Assembly (NCBI GenBank): GCA_030704615.1
Contig: CM060733.1
Location: 61,380,001-61,444,000, forward strand
Length of the DNA: 64,000 nucleotides
DNA from: Takakia lepidozioides
Taxonomy: Eukaryota; Plantae; Bryophyta
Reading direction: 5' to 3'
A program made the translations under genes and the position numbers. Shown in pieces: positions 1-15,450 of this stretch (its first letter is position 1; the number at the start of each line of letters is the position of its first letter). Under the pieces are notes generated by a model, which was given only the letters and a program-made list of their open reading frames with translations, was not told the DNA's origin and searched no databases.

Positions 1-1539
1 GTTGCATTCCGCACCCTTCTCCTCAGCTCCTTGTCCAATATCCCATACCAGAATTGGACTGCCTGAGCCTCTGTAACCCCTTGGGTTACATTAATCAAGC
101 GTCTCATGCGAGTGAAAGCCTCCCTCAAGCTCTCAGTAGGCTTCCGTTGGAACTCTTGCAAGCTTCGCAACTTCTCTGTCCTCACCCCTTGGTAGTTCTC
201 TCTCAACTCTTCGAAGAACTCCACAACAGGGTTGAAGGCAGGCACGGGTACTGGTGCTGGTGCGGTAGTGGCTTGGGTGGACATCGTAGCTACGGTACCA
301 CCAGTCCCACTAGTCCTACTGTTGCTTGCTGAAGCTGCCGGTGCAGCGGCAGATATAGCCACTGCCCTCGTGGCTCTAGTGCCCCTAGTGATGGAGACAT
401 AGTCGGGTGACCAGTATATCCTCCACTCCTCGATCTCAACCTCATGCCCCCGCCTGAACTCATGGTAATCATCCATAGGCGGCCCCTCAAGGTGCTGAAA
501 CAACCCCTTCCATGTCATGAAATGCGTAAATAGTTGTGGATTGCGCATTTGCTGCAAATCACACCAACATCAAACTCTTGGACAAAATCATCCATCTCGA
601 TGGTGCCCACCGCCCCAGAGTACCTTTGTGGCCCCTTGGTAGCTCCATACATCTCCTCCATTGTGTCCCACAACAATGGCAAAGAAACAACTTGCACCGC
701 CGGTGTGAGTCATCCTGATTCACAATCCGAATCAGAACCTTCCGTAGAAGACACAGGAGGTGAAGGTGGCCTAAACCGCACACCTCGTCTTGTGTACCCA
801 CTAGTATCGCTAGTGCTTGAACCGGCACTATGCCGAGTAACTAGTGGCACCTCCGTGTTGACAAACTGTCACTCAACCGGTCATGAATATGTCCCTAATC
901 CCCTCTCCACAAGGTAACCGGGTAGAGAACCTGTTGCGGCTTATGGTTTGGAATACTAGGTTCCTAACATAGCCTACACCTACACCTGCATCCACCGCAA
1001 GCACTCCTATGGTTGGCTGGTCATCACCTCCAACCTCACCACAGGAGAAACAATGATGGCTTGACTGGTCATCACCCCAGCCTCACCATCGACAACATGC
1101 TCTAGGATTGGCCGGTGATCAAATCCGGACCAATCACCTATAAAAACAAGCGCCCACACAAAACTAACATGGCGCACAGTCAAGCATGCAGGTATGGAGG
1201 GGATCCAAACACAAGAAATCAGAACGACAACTCCCCCACACCAAAAACAACTCCACGGTGTTGCTCCTGCAATGATACCCCAGCCCAAACCCGAACTGAC
1301 TCTTGCCTCCACCTACGGAAAGGTCTTGGCCTAATGAGAGGGTGGAAAACTACAAGGAAGAGAAGCTAAAGCAATGCCTAACCCAACATGTCCTCATCCC
1401 AACACTCTTCATCTCCTCTCTTCCCTCACTTGCATGACCATGTGAATATCATGAAGATACTCCTCAAACCGCCCTCCACGAGCTTCAAAATTTGGCCTTC
1501 AAGACCACATGCCAGTCCTTAGGCAGTCCACCGGTGCCT

Positions 1540-2690
<1,151 letters not shown>

Positions 2691-4535
2691 TCATGGCAGT
2701 TTAGCCATTTCTCCAAGGGGTTTAGCCATGCCAAGCTAGGGTTTGTGTCTCTTGGACTCTAGGCTTCTTGGCACCGAGCTATGGCGGCTGTGAAGAAATC
2801 AGCAAGGTATTCTTGCTCTTTCGGCTCCCACACACCACCAATAGTAGCCCTAAGCCATGAGGAAGATGGTTGCCACAAACCAAGCCTTCTTTCTCACTTA
2901 GACTCCCCAAACACGCCACTAAACTCAATGGCAAACAACCAAGCCTTGCTGGTTTCCAGCCCTTGTGAGCACTCATTCAAGCGTTTTCCTTGGCCATAGC
3001 ATCTGTCTTAGAGCCTAATCCAGCCCCCTACACCTGCCACTTCAAGAGCCATGCTCTACCTAGGCTTGAGGTTGAAACCCCACCTCACATATGCCCCACA
3101 AGTGCTTTTCTTTCACCCAAGTGGGAACCAGCCCTAGCCCTTCTATTCTAGCTCTCTAAAGCTTGAAAACAAAAGCCCAATGGACTGAAGGCATGCTCCA
3201 CACATGCCCCACTTTCACCACAAGAGAATCAGCCCCTTTGCTTCCTTTCTTGCACCCACCAACCTGAAAATACAAGCTTCAGCGGGCTGGAAGCATGCTC
3301 CACACATGCCCTACAAGGAAACCAGTCATTTCCTTCCTTTCTTGCACTCCCAAACCTGAAAGTACAAGCCTTCAACAGGCTGAAAGCATGCTCCACACAT
3401 GCATTGCCCTCATATAAGGGAAGTCAGCCCTTCCCTCCCCTCCAAGCTTGAAGATGAAAGCTTCAATGAGCTGAATACATGCTCCACACATGCAACCTCT
3501 TCACACAAGAGGTATCAGCCCCCTATCTTGGCTCCTTGGCTCCTTGATGCTTTCTAAGACAAGACTAAGCACTCCACAGCCTTTGCCAAGCTCCTGAAAC
3601 CCTAAGGCTTACATTTCCAGCCACAAGACACTCCTCTTGTGGTGCAAGGGTTCTTCTTCCAAGCTCTGAAACCCTAGGTGCACATTCCATGGCCTTGCCG
3701 CATCTCTTAGCTCCTGTTCCAGCCCTGCTCTTGCCATGACAAGAGCCCTCTCAATGCTGAAGCTCGAGATTGAAACCCAATCTCAACATACTCCACAAAG
3801 TGCATTGATTTGCCCCAAGCCAAATCAGCCCTTTCGCTTGGTCTTGCAATCCTTCATACAATGAAAGCTCGCATTCCCAAGTCCAGTTCTCAACTTTGCC
3901 ACCAAAGCCACTCTAACCTGCTCTTGACTGGTCCTCTTCCCAATCGTGCTTGCTCATGCATGTATACAATCTGAAACCATCAAGGTGCTCTGGAATTACC
4001 TGCAGCATGGTGCTTTCATCTCTGAAGCTAAAGATCGAATGCCAAGGTCTACCACCTCGTAACCCACATCGCCTCCGCTTCTAACAACCAAGGGCTCCAC
4101 GGTGCTCCTTGCATAACAACTTGGTTTCTCTCATCCTCAAGCAAAAACCACAAGTGCTACAACTAATTCTAATCTGGCACTCACAGATACAAGCTGATCT
4201 TTCTCGAGTGATAAAGAAGAAGAATACAAGCACAAGCTCATGCGAGCTCACAAAGCTAAAGCATAAACTCATGCATATATAAACTCATCACTCAAATACA
4301 AGTCAAGTCAAGTGCACCCCACGCCATGGGGAATCCACACTACGGCGCCATAGCTAGGCGCGGTGAGGCTCCACTCGAGAAAGATGAGCCTCCCGCGCTT
4401 GCCGTGAAGATAACCACTCCAAGGCCTAAATCTGCCTTGATCCCTGGATTGACACTTGGGCCAATCCCAAATGTCAATATGTAAAAGCTAGCTATTTCCT
4501 AGCTAGTTTCACACTAGTGGTAAAATAACTTGACA

Positions 4536-7500
4536 GATGGCCCGGTTTACTTGGGAGTGCGCATCACCCCGCTGATTTTCAGTACCACTGATGATGGCCA
4601 TGCGCTCCTGGCCACAAGAAAAAACACCTTTGCGGGATCATGGACCTTCCCGGAAGATGTCTCAACTTTCTCCACATGAAAAGAGATGGATGCCATTCTT
4701 GCTAAAATTAGCAGCATTTTCATGCATTATCTTCCCAATCTACTCCTTAATCAAGAGACACCTATCTTCTTCGGTGCTTTCCAGCACCAAAGCTCCTCTG
4801 GTGATTATAGTGTTCAGCTCCTTCCTGTCATTCGTCTTTCAGACCTTAAAATGCTGGACTGCTCCTCTTCTGCTCTAACCTGGCTGGCTGGTAAGAGCAT
4901 TCCAGAAGGTTTTGGGGAGGAGGGAAACAGGAAATTCTTGAATGCGATCTTTGAGGCGGGAATGAAAATCGTGGAGGAATTTCACTACTCTCAAAGAAAC
5001 ATGCCAGCGGAGGATGAACCTCCCTCAGTGGACAAATTCTTCACTATTATTATGGACTTGGCCACCTCTGCCCCTTCACCGGTGAGCTCAGCCCCACTTT
5101 GGTGCTCTCACTTGCCTCTCCTTCTTTCCCCAATTGCTTCCCTCACCCACTCCTTCCCCCACTACTTCACTCCTTCTGTTTTTCCCCTCAGTCGTCCTTT
5201 CTGTTTTTCCAGAAAGTTGGTCTTCCTAGGCTACGACTCTCTCTCTGGATATAATCACCTCCTCTCCTCTGAAGTCGTCTTGTCTTCGGGGCTGCTGTTG
5301 TCCCCGGTCTATGTCTCCCCCTTCTCTTCCTGGGTTAACGGATCTTTCTGTGTCAAGCACTGGTTGAAATCCCTTATGCATGCCACCCCCTGTATTCATC
5401 TTCAGCTTCTCCAAGCTATGTCAGAACAGCCATCAAATCGTGGGATTCTCCCTGCGGGCTGGGATAAGCTTCCCACATGACCTGGTCTCTATATTCTTGG
5501 AACATCAGGGGCATGGGCTCGGATACCACCATGCCCAAAAGGTGTAGGATCAAGATGTGGGCCTCTACCTTCCTCTCTTCTTCAGCAATCATCTTCCTTC
5601 AAGAGACTAAGTTGGATGACGTTAAGATTCAATCTATTGGAAACAGTTTTTGGCCTACGCAGGTGGCATGGTGGACCCCTCTATCTCCTCTAGGGGAGGT
5701 ACGGCGATTTTGGTGTCTCCTACTATTGCTGGCTCTATTAATAAGGTTGAAACTTGGATCCAGGGTAGGGTACAATGTTTATTCACGAAACCCTCTTCCC
5801 CCTTTGGTTCAACTGCCTTTATCAATGTTTATGCGCCTAATCAGTCTCATGACAGAGCGGTGCTCTAGGATTCTATCAGGGACAAAATCACCAGCTTTCC
5901 CAACACCCACAATCGGGTGCTAGCTGGTGATTTCAACATGGTGGATAATTTTAATGATAGGCTGGTTCATGCTTCTCACTCTTTATCTGATGAGGAGCTA
6001 ACTGCTTGGGACATGCTTTGTTTTTCTGTTGGGTTAGTGGATATCCTTTCAGAACCCTCTGCTGGATTGAGTTTTATGTGGTCTAATCTGAGGAATCCAC
6101 CCCATCTTTGTATGGCCCATCTGGACAAAATTTACTGTTCACAATCTCCCCTTTCTTGGGCTAAAGGTATGGCTCAGTCTCCTATCCTAGCTAACTTTGA
6201 TCATGCCATGGTTGCTGCGGAGTTCAACCCCCCTGGAATGCATGTTAGAGGGCGTGGTTATTTTAAACTCAACCCTAGCATTTTGAAAAGAGATGACTGT
6301 CTTCAGAAGCTGAAACAAGAATGGTTGTCGGCCGGTTCTGGATTTCATTCCCCCACCAAGCTACTAGAAGAGTGGCTCAAGTCCTCTCTCGCACTGTTGC
6401 AGCTGACAGAACCCAGCATCGTAAAGCACTTATTAAGTGTTTGCAGCACTGCCAGAAAAGAATTGAAGAAGGGAACTGTGGCAACATAACGATGGAATCC
6501 TATCTTGCAGCTAAGCGTAATCGCTGCTCTGACGCAAAAAAAGAGAAATTTCTTTGTATACGTGCGGGAGTTAACTGGTCATTGAAAGGGGAGAAGATGA
6601 CTGGTTACTTTTTTCAGAAAGCTAGACAAAGAAGAGAAGCTACACACCTTCATGCTATCTCTACCCCGGGTGGGGCTTCTTTCACACAGCCCAAAGAGAT
6701 GGTTGCTGCTGCAGCTGATCACTTTACTAAGCTCTTCGCTATCACGCGAGAGGATGTCAGTTCTTTGAACCTTTGTTCTGAGGTGATTAGCTCCTTTCCA
6801 AAACTTCTCTCCACTGATGAACAGGATGCCTTATCTGTTCCCTTTACTGCCTTTGAGTTCTTAGAAGCTGCTGAAGCTCTTAGCTCGTTTAAGTCCCCGG
6901 GTTTGGATGGCTTACCAGTGGAGTTCTTCACTGCCTTGTGGGAAGAGGTGGGTGATGACTTCATGAGAATGTCCAATGACATTTTGAGCAAGGGGATCAT
7001 GCCTTCGCAACTGGCACAAGGTGTCATCACCCTTGCTCACAAAAAAGGGGACCGTGAGCTTCTCTCGAATTATAGACCTATTACTATGTTGAATTCTTCT
7101 TATAAGATCATTGCCAAGGCTCTGGCACGAAGGTTGCAGCCCTTATTGTCAAAGTTAATAAGGCCAGAACAGACAGGATTCTTGAAAAATAAAATGATCC
7201 TTGATAACATCCTTCTTACCAATGAGGCTCTCATCTAGCTCGCATTGACAATCAACCCCTGGCACTCTTGATGTTGGATTTTGAAAAAGCCTTTGATAAC
7301 ATTAATTGGAGCTATCTCTTGGGTGCCTTAGAAGCGGCTGGGATCAATGGTAACTTTCTTCAATGGATTCGAATCCTTCTCTCTTTTGCTTCAAGCAGAG
7401 TGGTGGTTAATGGGGTAGTTTCCAAAGCCTTCCCTCTCTTCAAGTCTGTCAGACAGGGGTGCCCGTTAGCTCATTTTCTTTTTTTAATTGCGGCTGATGG

Positions 7501-10155
7501 GCTGGGTCACTTGTTGGATAAGAGAAAAGATTCCCTGGGTCTGGTGATTCCTAACTCTTCAAATGACCTCGCCTCCTCCATTCACTCCTCGTTGTATGCT
7601 GATGATACTTCTCTGTTCATCAATAACTCCTCCTTTCCAACGTCAATGTGGCCCTCAATTCTTTGAAGACATTTTGTGCAGCTTCAGGACTTAAAATTAA
7701 TTGGAAAAAGTCGGTTGGTTTATTAAGCCAGCTAGCTAATCCTTCAGTCGCTGTACACATTAACCCGTGGGGTATTGAATTGGGCTTGAGGTGGCTTTTG
7801 GATGGTGAATCTCATGAGCTTTTAGGGCAACTGGTGGGGACCAATATCTCTGATGATGCCAGGTTTGCTGCTGCCCTATCCAAGCGAAAAGAAAGCTTGC
7901 GCATTGGAGTTCCTTGCATCTGTCTCTCGTGGGTAGAGCTTTGATTGTTAACCAGGTGCTTTTGGCCCTCTTTGTGGTTTCTTGCTTCGGTATGGTCGCC
8001 TGAGGCTTCCATCATAAAAAAAGTGAAATCTCTGATGAGGAATTTTATTTGGGGTGCTACTCCCTCCTCCGCCTCCAAAAAAGCTTTAGTAAGCTGGGAT
8101 CAACTTACTAAAAGCAAAAAAAACGGGGGATTAGGGGTGTTAGATCCCCAAACACAAATCACAACCTTGCTGGCCAAGTGGGTCCCTAGAGCTCTTTCTC
8201 ACCTTTCTAGCCCTTGGAGTAGGCTGGTCCGGCAGAATCTAATGACGGCCATCCCTCGTACTAGTGACAAATGGGCTCATTCGCTGAGATGGATTACCCA
8301 GGTGGTAAGCTCAATGAAAGGCCGGGTTTGGGTTCTTGAGCGTGGCAATCCATCTGGAAGGCTTGGTGCAAGTTGCGCCCGTTCTTGGTACATCTATGTC
8401 CCCTTTCATTTAGCCAGGTCTTGAGGCAACCTCTTTTTGGGAATTATAATCGTGATAAGGAGATTCTGATTACATGCACCAAACGCTGGGCTGAATGGGA
8501 AGATGCAGGTTTGGCCCACCTCTTGCATTTCTGGGATGGTAACTCTATGTCTCTGATCTCTCCACAATCTGCTGCGCAGCAGCTTTCAAAGATAAGGGTT
8601 AATTTGGGTTGGAATGCGGTCATGGGGGATCTCCCTGACAATTGGAATAGGCTTATTGCTGACCCCAATCTCGTGTCGCTGCCGGGTTGGCTGGGTTTCG
8701 TTGTTGACTCCCAACCCATAGCCATCTACGCGATTGCCAGAGATAGCTCCGGTATGCATGGTACTCGTTTTGAGGTAAGCAAAGATGGAATCTTGCTCTC
8801 CCCTAAGGCAGTAAGTGTCCCTGCAGACTGCCAATTCTTTGAGATCAGGGTCTATTGTAAGCTTTCAGGAAACACAAACCCTCTGCCTCCCTTGGACCTG
8901 CAACAATATGAGGGGAACTTCTGCTGGTTTCTTTCTGCCCCTCTTAAACTACTTCAGTTTGACCCTGGGGAGTGGATTTGGATGTCCAAGGGACATGACC
9001 CATTTTTCAATTATTCGGTTAAGCTTGGGTACAGGTTGTTGATGCCTAAAAGAGGATTCGATCGAAAATGGTCTAATAAGTGGCAACATTTGCCTGGGCC
9101 TGCAGTCCCTTGGAAGCTGGTTTGACGTGATATTTGGAAAAAACACAGGTCTTCGAAAGTTACAGCCTTCCTATGGAAGGTGGTCAATAGGATCTTGCCT
9201 GTGGCGGCAAATTTTGAAGATTCATCCTTGGACTGTATCTCTTGTATCCTGCCTGCAGAGGAAAATTTGGAACATGCCTTGGTGCTTTGCCCATTCGCCC
9301 GTGCTGTTTGGTTAATCTGTACTCCTTCTGGTCCTCTAACTTGGACTCATCTCCTTCAGTCTTGCTTCTCAATGTCAAGAATGGCAGAATTCATTGTTCT
9401 TGCCCTGTTTGGGAGTCACTGAGAGGTATCATATTGTGGCAGATTTGGAAAATGAGATGTTGTGTGGTGTGTCAAAAAGAGAGGCAGTGTTTGAACAAAC
9501 TTCTTTTTTCTGGCTCACTCAGACCTCAAGTCTAAGGCTCACAAAGCTTGGTCTGTTTTGGTTGCAGCTCTTTCCAAGTGTCACAGCAGTCGAAGACCTC
9601 AACTCATTGCCGCCTTCGACAAATCCTGGGGAAAAGATCTCGTGTTCTGCAAGAGAATTGATGACACTAGGATTGTGTGGGAAGACTCCCCCCCTGCCTG
9701 TTGGAAGCTCAACTAGTACTAAACAGACTTCCTTGGAGAACGAAGACGCAGAAATAAATTGGAGACACAAGCGTAGTGGCCCTAGGAAGGCAAAGTCAAA
9801 GACACAGTTTTCGTTTGATGGGGCCAAAAGAAAAATAGGTAGTATGTAGGTGGTTTTTTTAAGTCAACCAGTTTCCTACTTCTCTTGCCTTCCCATATAG
9901 GACAGATGGTCATGTTTTCATAGTTCTTCTTCTCCTTTCTCTTCACCTCCTCTCTAATTTCCTTAGTTAGGAATTTAGTTCCAGCTGAGGCCAGTTTCAT
10001 CTACATGTTGGTCCGGAGTGGTACCTCTGTAATCTGCCTCATGGCTCTCTGTAAGGTTATTTTTTCCTTACCAACCTCTTAATAAATTTACAGGGCTACA
10101 TCCCCCCTGTTAAGTAAAAAAAATAAAAAATAAAAATAAAACTAAATAAATAAAT
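4536..10155 (+). mobile_element. Degenerate L1/Tx1-type LINE: ORF1 remnant, ORF2 (APE endonuclease, RT, C-terminal zinc finger) and poly(A) tail
   Basis: APE motifs SWNIRG, FLQETK, AGDFN, DH (5477-6210). RT motifs KSPGLDG, NYRPITMLN, LDFEKAFD, RQGCPL, YADD (6890-7620). CISC...EHALVLC zinc finger at ~9230-9290. AATAAA at 10081 and A-rich tail from 10116. Many stops and frameshifts. The 5' limit is taken as the Gypsy boundary. Confidence 0.92.
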
Positions 10156-10567
10156 ACTGGAAATTGCACATGGGCATCACTACTACCGTACTGACTTCTT
10201 TACAGGAGATATCCAAAAGTAAAAATAGAAAAATATTTTCGCAAGCGAAACCAATTTTTTATTTTCAGTTTCTTTTTCCTGCCAATAAACTCTCCGTGAA
10301 CTCAAGAAGAGAGGGGAAAAAAAGAAAAAAAAAAGAAAAAAGAAAAAAAACCGAATAGATGTCAAGGCTCATCCCATTGCAAAATAGTACCCATTAGTGA
10401 CAAACAACCATACTATGCTGAATATATTGTTTATTTTCAAGCAATTATGAGTTTTGCTTGCAAAACCTTTGGTCAGTAACAACAAAACTTTCAAATTTTG
10501 TGTTGCAAATAGAATAATAATTGGTTCAATCAGACTTTTTTTTAAAAGAAAATCCAATTGTTGTAAC

Positions 10568-11018
10568 CAGTGTTGAACTGGTATCAAGTTTTTAACATAT
10601 CAGTCTAGTCCTAGTACAAGACGTATCACAAAACTTTCATACCAATCTGGTCTATATAATGTATTTTTCTCCAGATACTGGTATGAGTATGAGTATCATG
10701 ACCACAATATCAGTAGGTATGAGATATCAACTCTCGTATCATTCCAAAGCCATCTTGAATTACAAGTTTATCAAATAGTAAGTATCAAGTGAAAACAAAT
10801 AAAATACATAAAGAATAAATATATATAAGTACAAGTATGTAGGTATATGTACACATAAATTAACATAGTTTACATACCAAAGTAAATGAGGAAGACGGCA
10901 GGGGAGTATGAATATTGTGGCTGGAATGAAAAAACTGATACAAGCCTCGTCTGGTTAGATACCAGTGCATATACCAATATATATAACAGTCCTTCACCTA
11001 TATACTAGTCCAACACTG
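10568..11018. mobile_element. hAT-like MITE
   Basis: TIRs CAGTGTTGAACTGGTAT / ATACTAGTCCAACACTG (15/17 match). Flanking 8-mers GTTGTAAC / ATTGTAAG look like a degenerate TSD. Internal ATACCA/TGGTAT repeats. Confidence 0.65.
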
Positions 11019-11029
11019 ATTGTAAGAGC

Positions 11030-13076
11030 TGTGCCTCGATCTCTTACCCACATTATTAGCCCTTGAAGTATGTTTGTCAGATTTCTGGTGTTTTGGCTTA
11101 CTCTGAGATTTGGCCAATATCTCTTAGGTGGAATATTGTTTAAGGTTCTTCCCCCATACCCCTTGGTCTTGGTTCCAAGGCGTGGCAATCTATTTGGAGT
11201 GCATGCATGGCTCCATAACAACCCAAATCTCTCTCAAAAAGCCCCAAGTCATCCGCTGATGAGGTCTTGAGACAACCCTTGTTTAGAAACTACAATAGGG
11301 GTTCTAACTTTTTTATTAGCCTCAGCTTCTAAACAATGGGCTCATTGGGAAGCTGCTGGAATCTCTCATCTTTTACACATCTGGGACCCTGCAGGTTTCT
11401 CCTGCCTATGGAGACTGTCATTCCTAGATTATCTCCTCGTAGGGCTCACCCCCGAAAGGGGGCAGCAGCCGTAAGGCGAAGTGGCTCTTAGTTATGCCGG
11501 CTTTGGCCGGCGTCTTCTCTTTGATCAAAGAATAACCAAGTTTGACTTAGTAGGCAAAAAACGGAGCATGCTTTGAAGACATCCAGATCCAATCCCCCGG
11601 GTCGAACTGAATCACAGTTCAAGGGAGCTTTTAAGAACCAATGAAATGAATTTGGATAATGTTGGATGTTCACCGGAGGCGCTGGGTTAATCTGCCCTGT
11701 CAGAAACAGAAGACAAAAGTTGTCCTCCGAAATGGAGACCCAACATGGGGAGAAGAGGGTGCCAGCAGCAACAGCCCGGAATGTCTAACCATGAAGCAGA
11801 TCCCGAGAGCGGTGTTGTGCATAAAAGGCAAAGGAGGGCTGGTAAGCAGAGGAACCCAACCATAAGGGGGTCAGCCACTGATTGGAGGCAAGGCTGTGAG
11901 CAAAATCCCGGACGGAGAAAGGTCTCCAGTGACTGTCTCCCAGCCCGCAACGGGGCCCTACGAGCAGATAGAGAGAGAGAGATGGTCCTGAAGAAGGTCG
12001 CTCTCTGATGAGAATAACCCAGACATCGTATCAGAAAATAGATATTGTCTTCAGGCCGCCCGCCAACTCTTCCCATGGATCATAAGCTCTCTCACAAGTG
12101 CGCCACTCGGATCATACACCTATTTGCTGGAAGTGTATTTGGAGAGATGTTTGGAGGAAGGAAAGATCAGCAAAAATCAATGGTTTCCTTTGGCGTTTGG
12201 TCAAATTTTGCATCCTTCCTCTCTCGAATCATGTCTCCGCATTACAAACCCCCTGCTCTAATTGTTCTCTTCTCTCTCTGAAACGTTGGAATACATTTTT
12301 GTTCACTGTCCTCTAGTTGCAAATAGGTTTTGGATGCTTGCTAGCTATCTCTATGTCAATTGGAGAGTCGACTTCTCTTTCCATCCCTCTCTCCTTCTAT
12401 TCAATTTCTTTGATGGCTCTTTATGGAGTTGCTGCCCCGTTTGGGCTACTCTGCGTGCTCACTTTCTTTGGAATATATGGAAAGCTAGATGTTCCCTACT
12501 CTTTGATGGATCGTTTCCAAGTTAAAGTAATTTTATACAAAGCTCGCTCAGACATGTTGTCTCAAGCTCGGAAGGCCTGGAGGGTTTTGGATGCAACTTT
12601 TTATAGAAGCACCGAAAGAAGGAGACAACAATTGCTCGTTGCTTTTGACAGCTCTTAGGGAAAAGGTGGTTTCTTCTGCACTAGAACCTTTAAACTTCGA
12701 GTTACATGGAACAACTCTAGTCTCCCGGCGTGCTGGGAGCTCCCACAGTATTAGTGTCTGATCCCAACTGACGGTAAAGAGCTTGAGGTCAATTGGCGAC
12801 ACCGATATAGTCTTAGAAAAGGCAGATCGAAGGTCTATCCTTTGATCATTCTAAAAGGAAGTGTGCTAGCTTCTGATCTCTCTAGTTTCTGTTAAGATCT
12901 ACCCTCGAGACTCCTGAGTCCTGGTTACGTGGCGTGTCTCATTGTTGGTATCGATGGCTCTCCCGCAAGGTTATTTTTTCCTTGCTGTAATCTGTTTTTA
13001 GACTTTGTCCCATTTCAATAAAATTTTGAGGACCTCCATCCCCTCTTTAAAAAAAATAAAAAATAAAAAATAAAAA
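11030..13076 (+). mobile_element. 5'-truncated L1-type LINE related to the first LINE, with an internal inversion (~11470-12065)
   Basis: VLRQPLF, IWRDVWRK...FLWRLV and the ETLEYIFVHCP zinc finger are on plus. The segment homologous to 8600-9050 is on minus. The 3' end AATAAA...CATCCCC...poly(A) resembles that of the first LINE. Confidence 0.8.
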
Positions 13077-13679
13077 TTGTGCATTTTTGATATGTAATAA
13101 TTGAATTTTAACATATTGGAAATCATTGTCTTTCCAGTATGGTATTCCGTAGCCATTAACAACTTTAGTGAGCCTATGGTGCAATACACCATAGCTAAAC
13201 AAAACGCTGTTGTATGGGCGAAGTCTTATGCTCCTCACAGAGCGAAGCATGCAGTTTGTAACATTGTTCATAGACTTGAGCCGCATTCAAAAGACATCTT
13301 AGGAGGTTCGGTAGTGCGTGAGGACAAGGGCATATTCTTTGCATTTTGCAGATATTTGTGGAATATTCCACAACAAAACGAAATTGGCTAAACTCACTTT
13401 CATACTTCTCATTTTTTGTCCTGGTTTAAAAGGGAATTTCACATGTCTTTTTCCGTTGTTCAAATTTTAAGCAATTTTCATTTCTCTTAGTTTTTATTTG
13501 GTGGTCTGACTTTTTATCCTCTCTCATGTTTTCTCCCATGAGATACAGGCGCTTCCCAAAAGTCATTATATAACGCCATTTTCTTTCCAAATCTCATAGT
13601 GTGTATTTTTTTTTTTTGGCAATTTAGGATTTAGGATTGACATACCTTTTTTTATAGTACCTTGCTTTTTATGTTAACA

Positions 13680-15450
13680 TTACCCCTAACCCTTACCCTT
13701 TTCTGCAAATGGCCCATGAACTATATTCATACCATAACCATAGCCATAACCATAACCATTATGGTTATTGAAATGTCTTCTCCCTTCACATTTGCGCTAG
13801 CTTTTTCCTTTGTTTTGGATTGATATGCATTTAGGCATGTTACAATTTGCTTTCTATGTTACATCTTAATACCAGGTTCCAACGACGAGTCTTTCATTTA
13901 AATACTTGTCCATAATATTAGGTTCTTCATTTTTTTTTTATTACTAGTACCCTACTAACAACACTAAGTTCTAGCGAAGTCTGGAGTTTTCCATAAGTGT
14001 TTGTCTATTTTGTAACTTAAACAAAAACCCTAAACCCTTACCCTAAACCCTTACTATAAAAGCCTAAACATTTACCCTTAACCCAATATCCCAGAACCCT
14101 TTCCCTTCCCTTTGCAAATGGGAATCAACTATCCATACCATAACCATAACCATTTTGGTTATCCAAATTTCCATTTTGTACCCTATTAACACACACTAAG
14201 TTGTAGTGAGTGCGAGTCTTCCGGCATGTATGCTCACCATTTCTGCCTTTAACCCAAGCCCTAAACCCTCGTCGAAAACCCTAAGCAAAACCCTACGCCA
14301 TTGTTACGTCTAAACCCTTACCCTTCCCCTGCAAATAGGAATGAAGTATCCATACCATAACCATAACTATTATGGTTATTCAAATCTCTTCGTCCTTCAC
14401 CTTGCGCAATGTTTTGTCTTTGGTTTGGATTGACATGCACTTACCTTTTTTTATCGAACTTTGCTTTCTATGTATCTTAATATCAGGTTCCAAGAACGAG
14501 TCTTTCATTTAAATACTTGTCCGATGGAATGACTACACTTCCATAATATTAGGTTCTTCATTTTTATTTTGCTTATTACCTTACTAACAACACTAAGTTG
14601 TAGCGAGTGCGAGTCTTCCGGCATGTATGCTCACTTCTGCCTTCAACCCAAACCATAAACCCTCGTCGGGAACCCTAAACAAAACCCTACGCCATTGTTA
14701 CGTCTAAACCCTTACCCTTCCCCTGCAAATGGGAATGAAGTATCCATACCATAACCACATGTATCTTAATACCAGGTTCCAAGGACGAATCCTCAATCTA
14801 AATACTTCTCCGGCCCAATGACTCTTCCATAATATTTGTTTCTCCATTTATTTTATTTTATTTTATCCTACTAACACACACCAAGTTCTAGCGACTGTGA
14901 GTCTTCCATATTTGTTTGTCCAATAGTGTTCTTAAACCTAAACCGAAAACCCTACCTTTACCATCACCCCTAAACCATTAATCGTACCATAAACCAATAA
15001 CTTGAGTGTACTACCCTAGTTACACTCCAAACCTTATTGTACTACCATGTTACATGTTACAGTACTGTTCTCAATGTTTCATGCTCTTTTAATATTTTCT
15101 TTTGTTGGATAAGGTACGATAGAATGATTACAGGGATATCAAATTCCTCAACCATTTCTTAATTCCATCGCAGGATCACGATAAACAAATGAGTCGCATC
15201 GAACATGGGCCAGACTCCTACTCTACCATACTCGATACAACTTGCTAGTAATTTTATTGATTGAATCTTCATATCAAGCACAATGTTCACATACCACGCC
15301 ATTGGAATGAATCATGTTTTGGATGTGACAAGGACAGTAAAATATTAGAATAGCATGAAACATTCGGAAGAGGTACTAGGGTAGTACAATAAGGTTTGGG
15401 GTGTAACTAGAGAGAAGTGTAATAAGGTTTGGGTTTACAGTAAGGGTTTG
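13680..15450. repeat. AT-rich complex repeat with internal duplications, CCATAA and AAACCCT motifs, and a 31-bp inverted repeat (15016-15046 / 15380-15410); probable non-autonomous DNA transposon remnant
   Basis: Blocks such as ACCCTTACCCTT...CCATAACCATAAC and TCTTAATACCAGGTTCCAA recur 3-4 times; the inverted pair has 1 mismatch. Confidence 0.55.

Noticed and set aside
14020-14720. Telomere (AAACCCT motifs)
   Set aside because: Only scattered, degenerate units embedded in a larger repeat.
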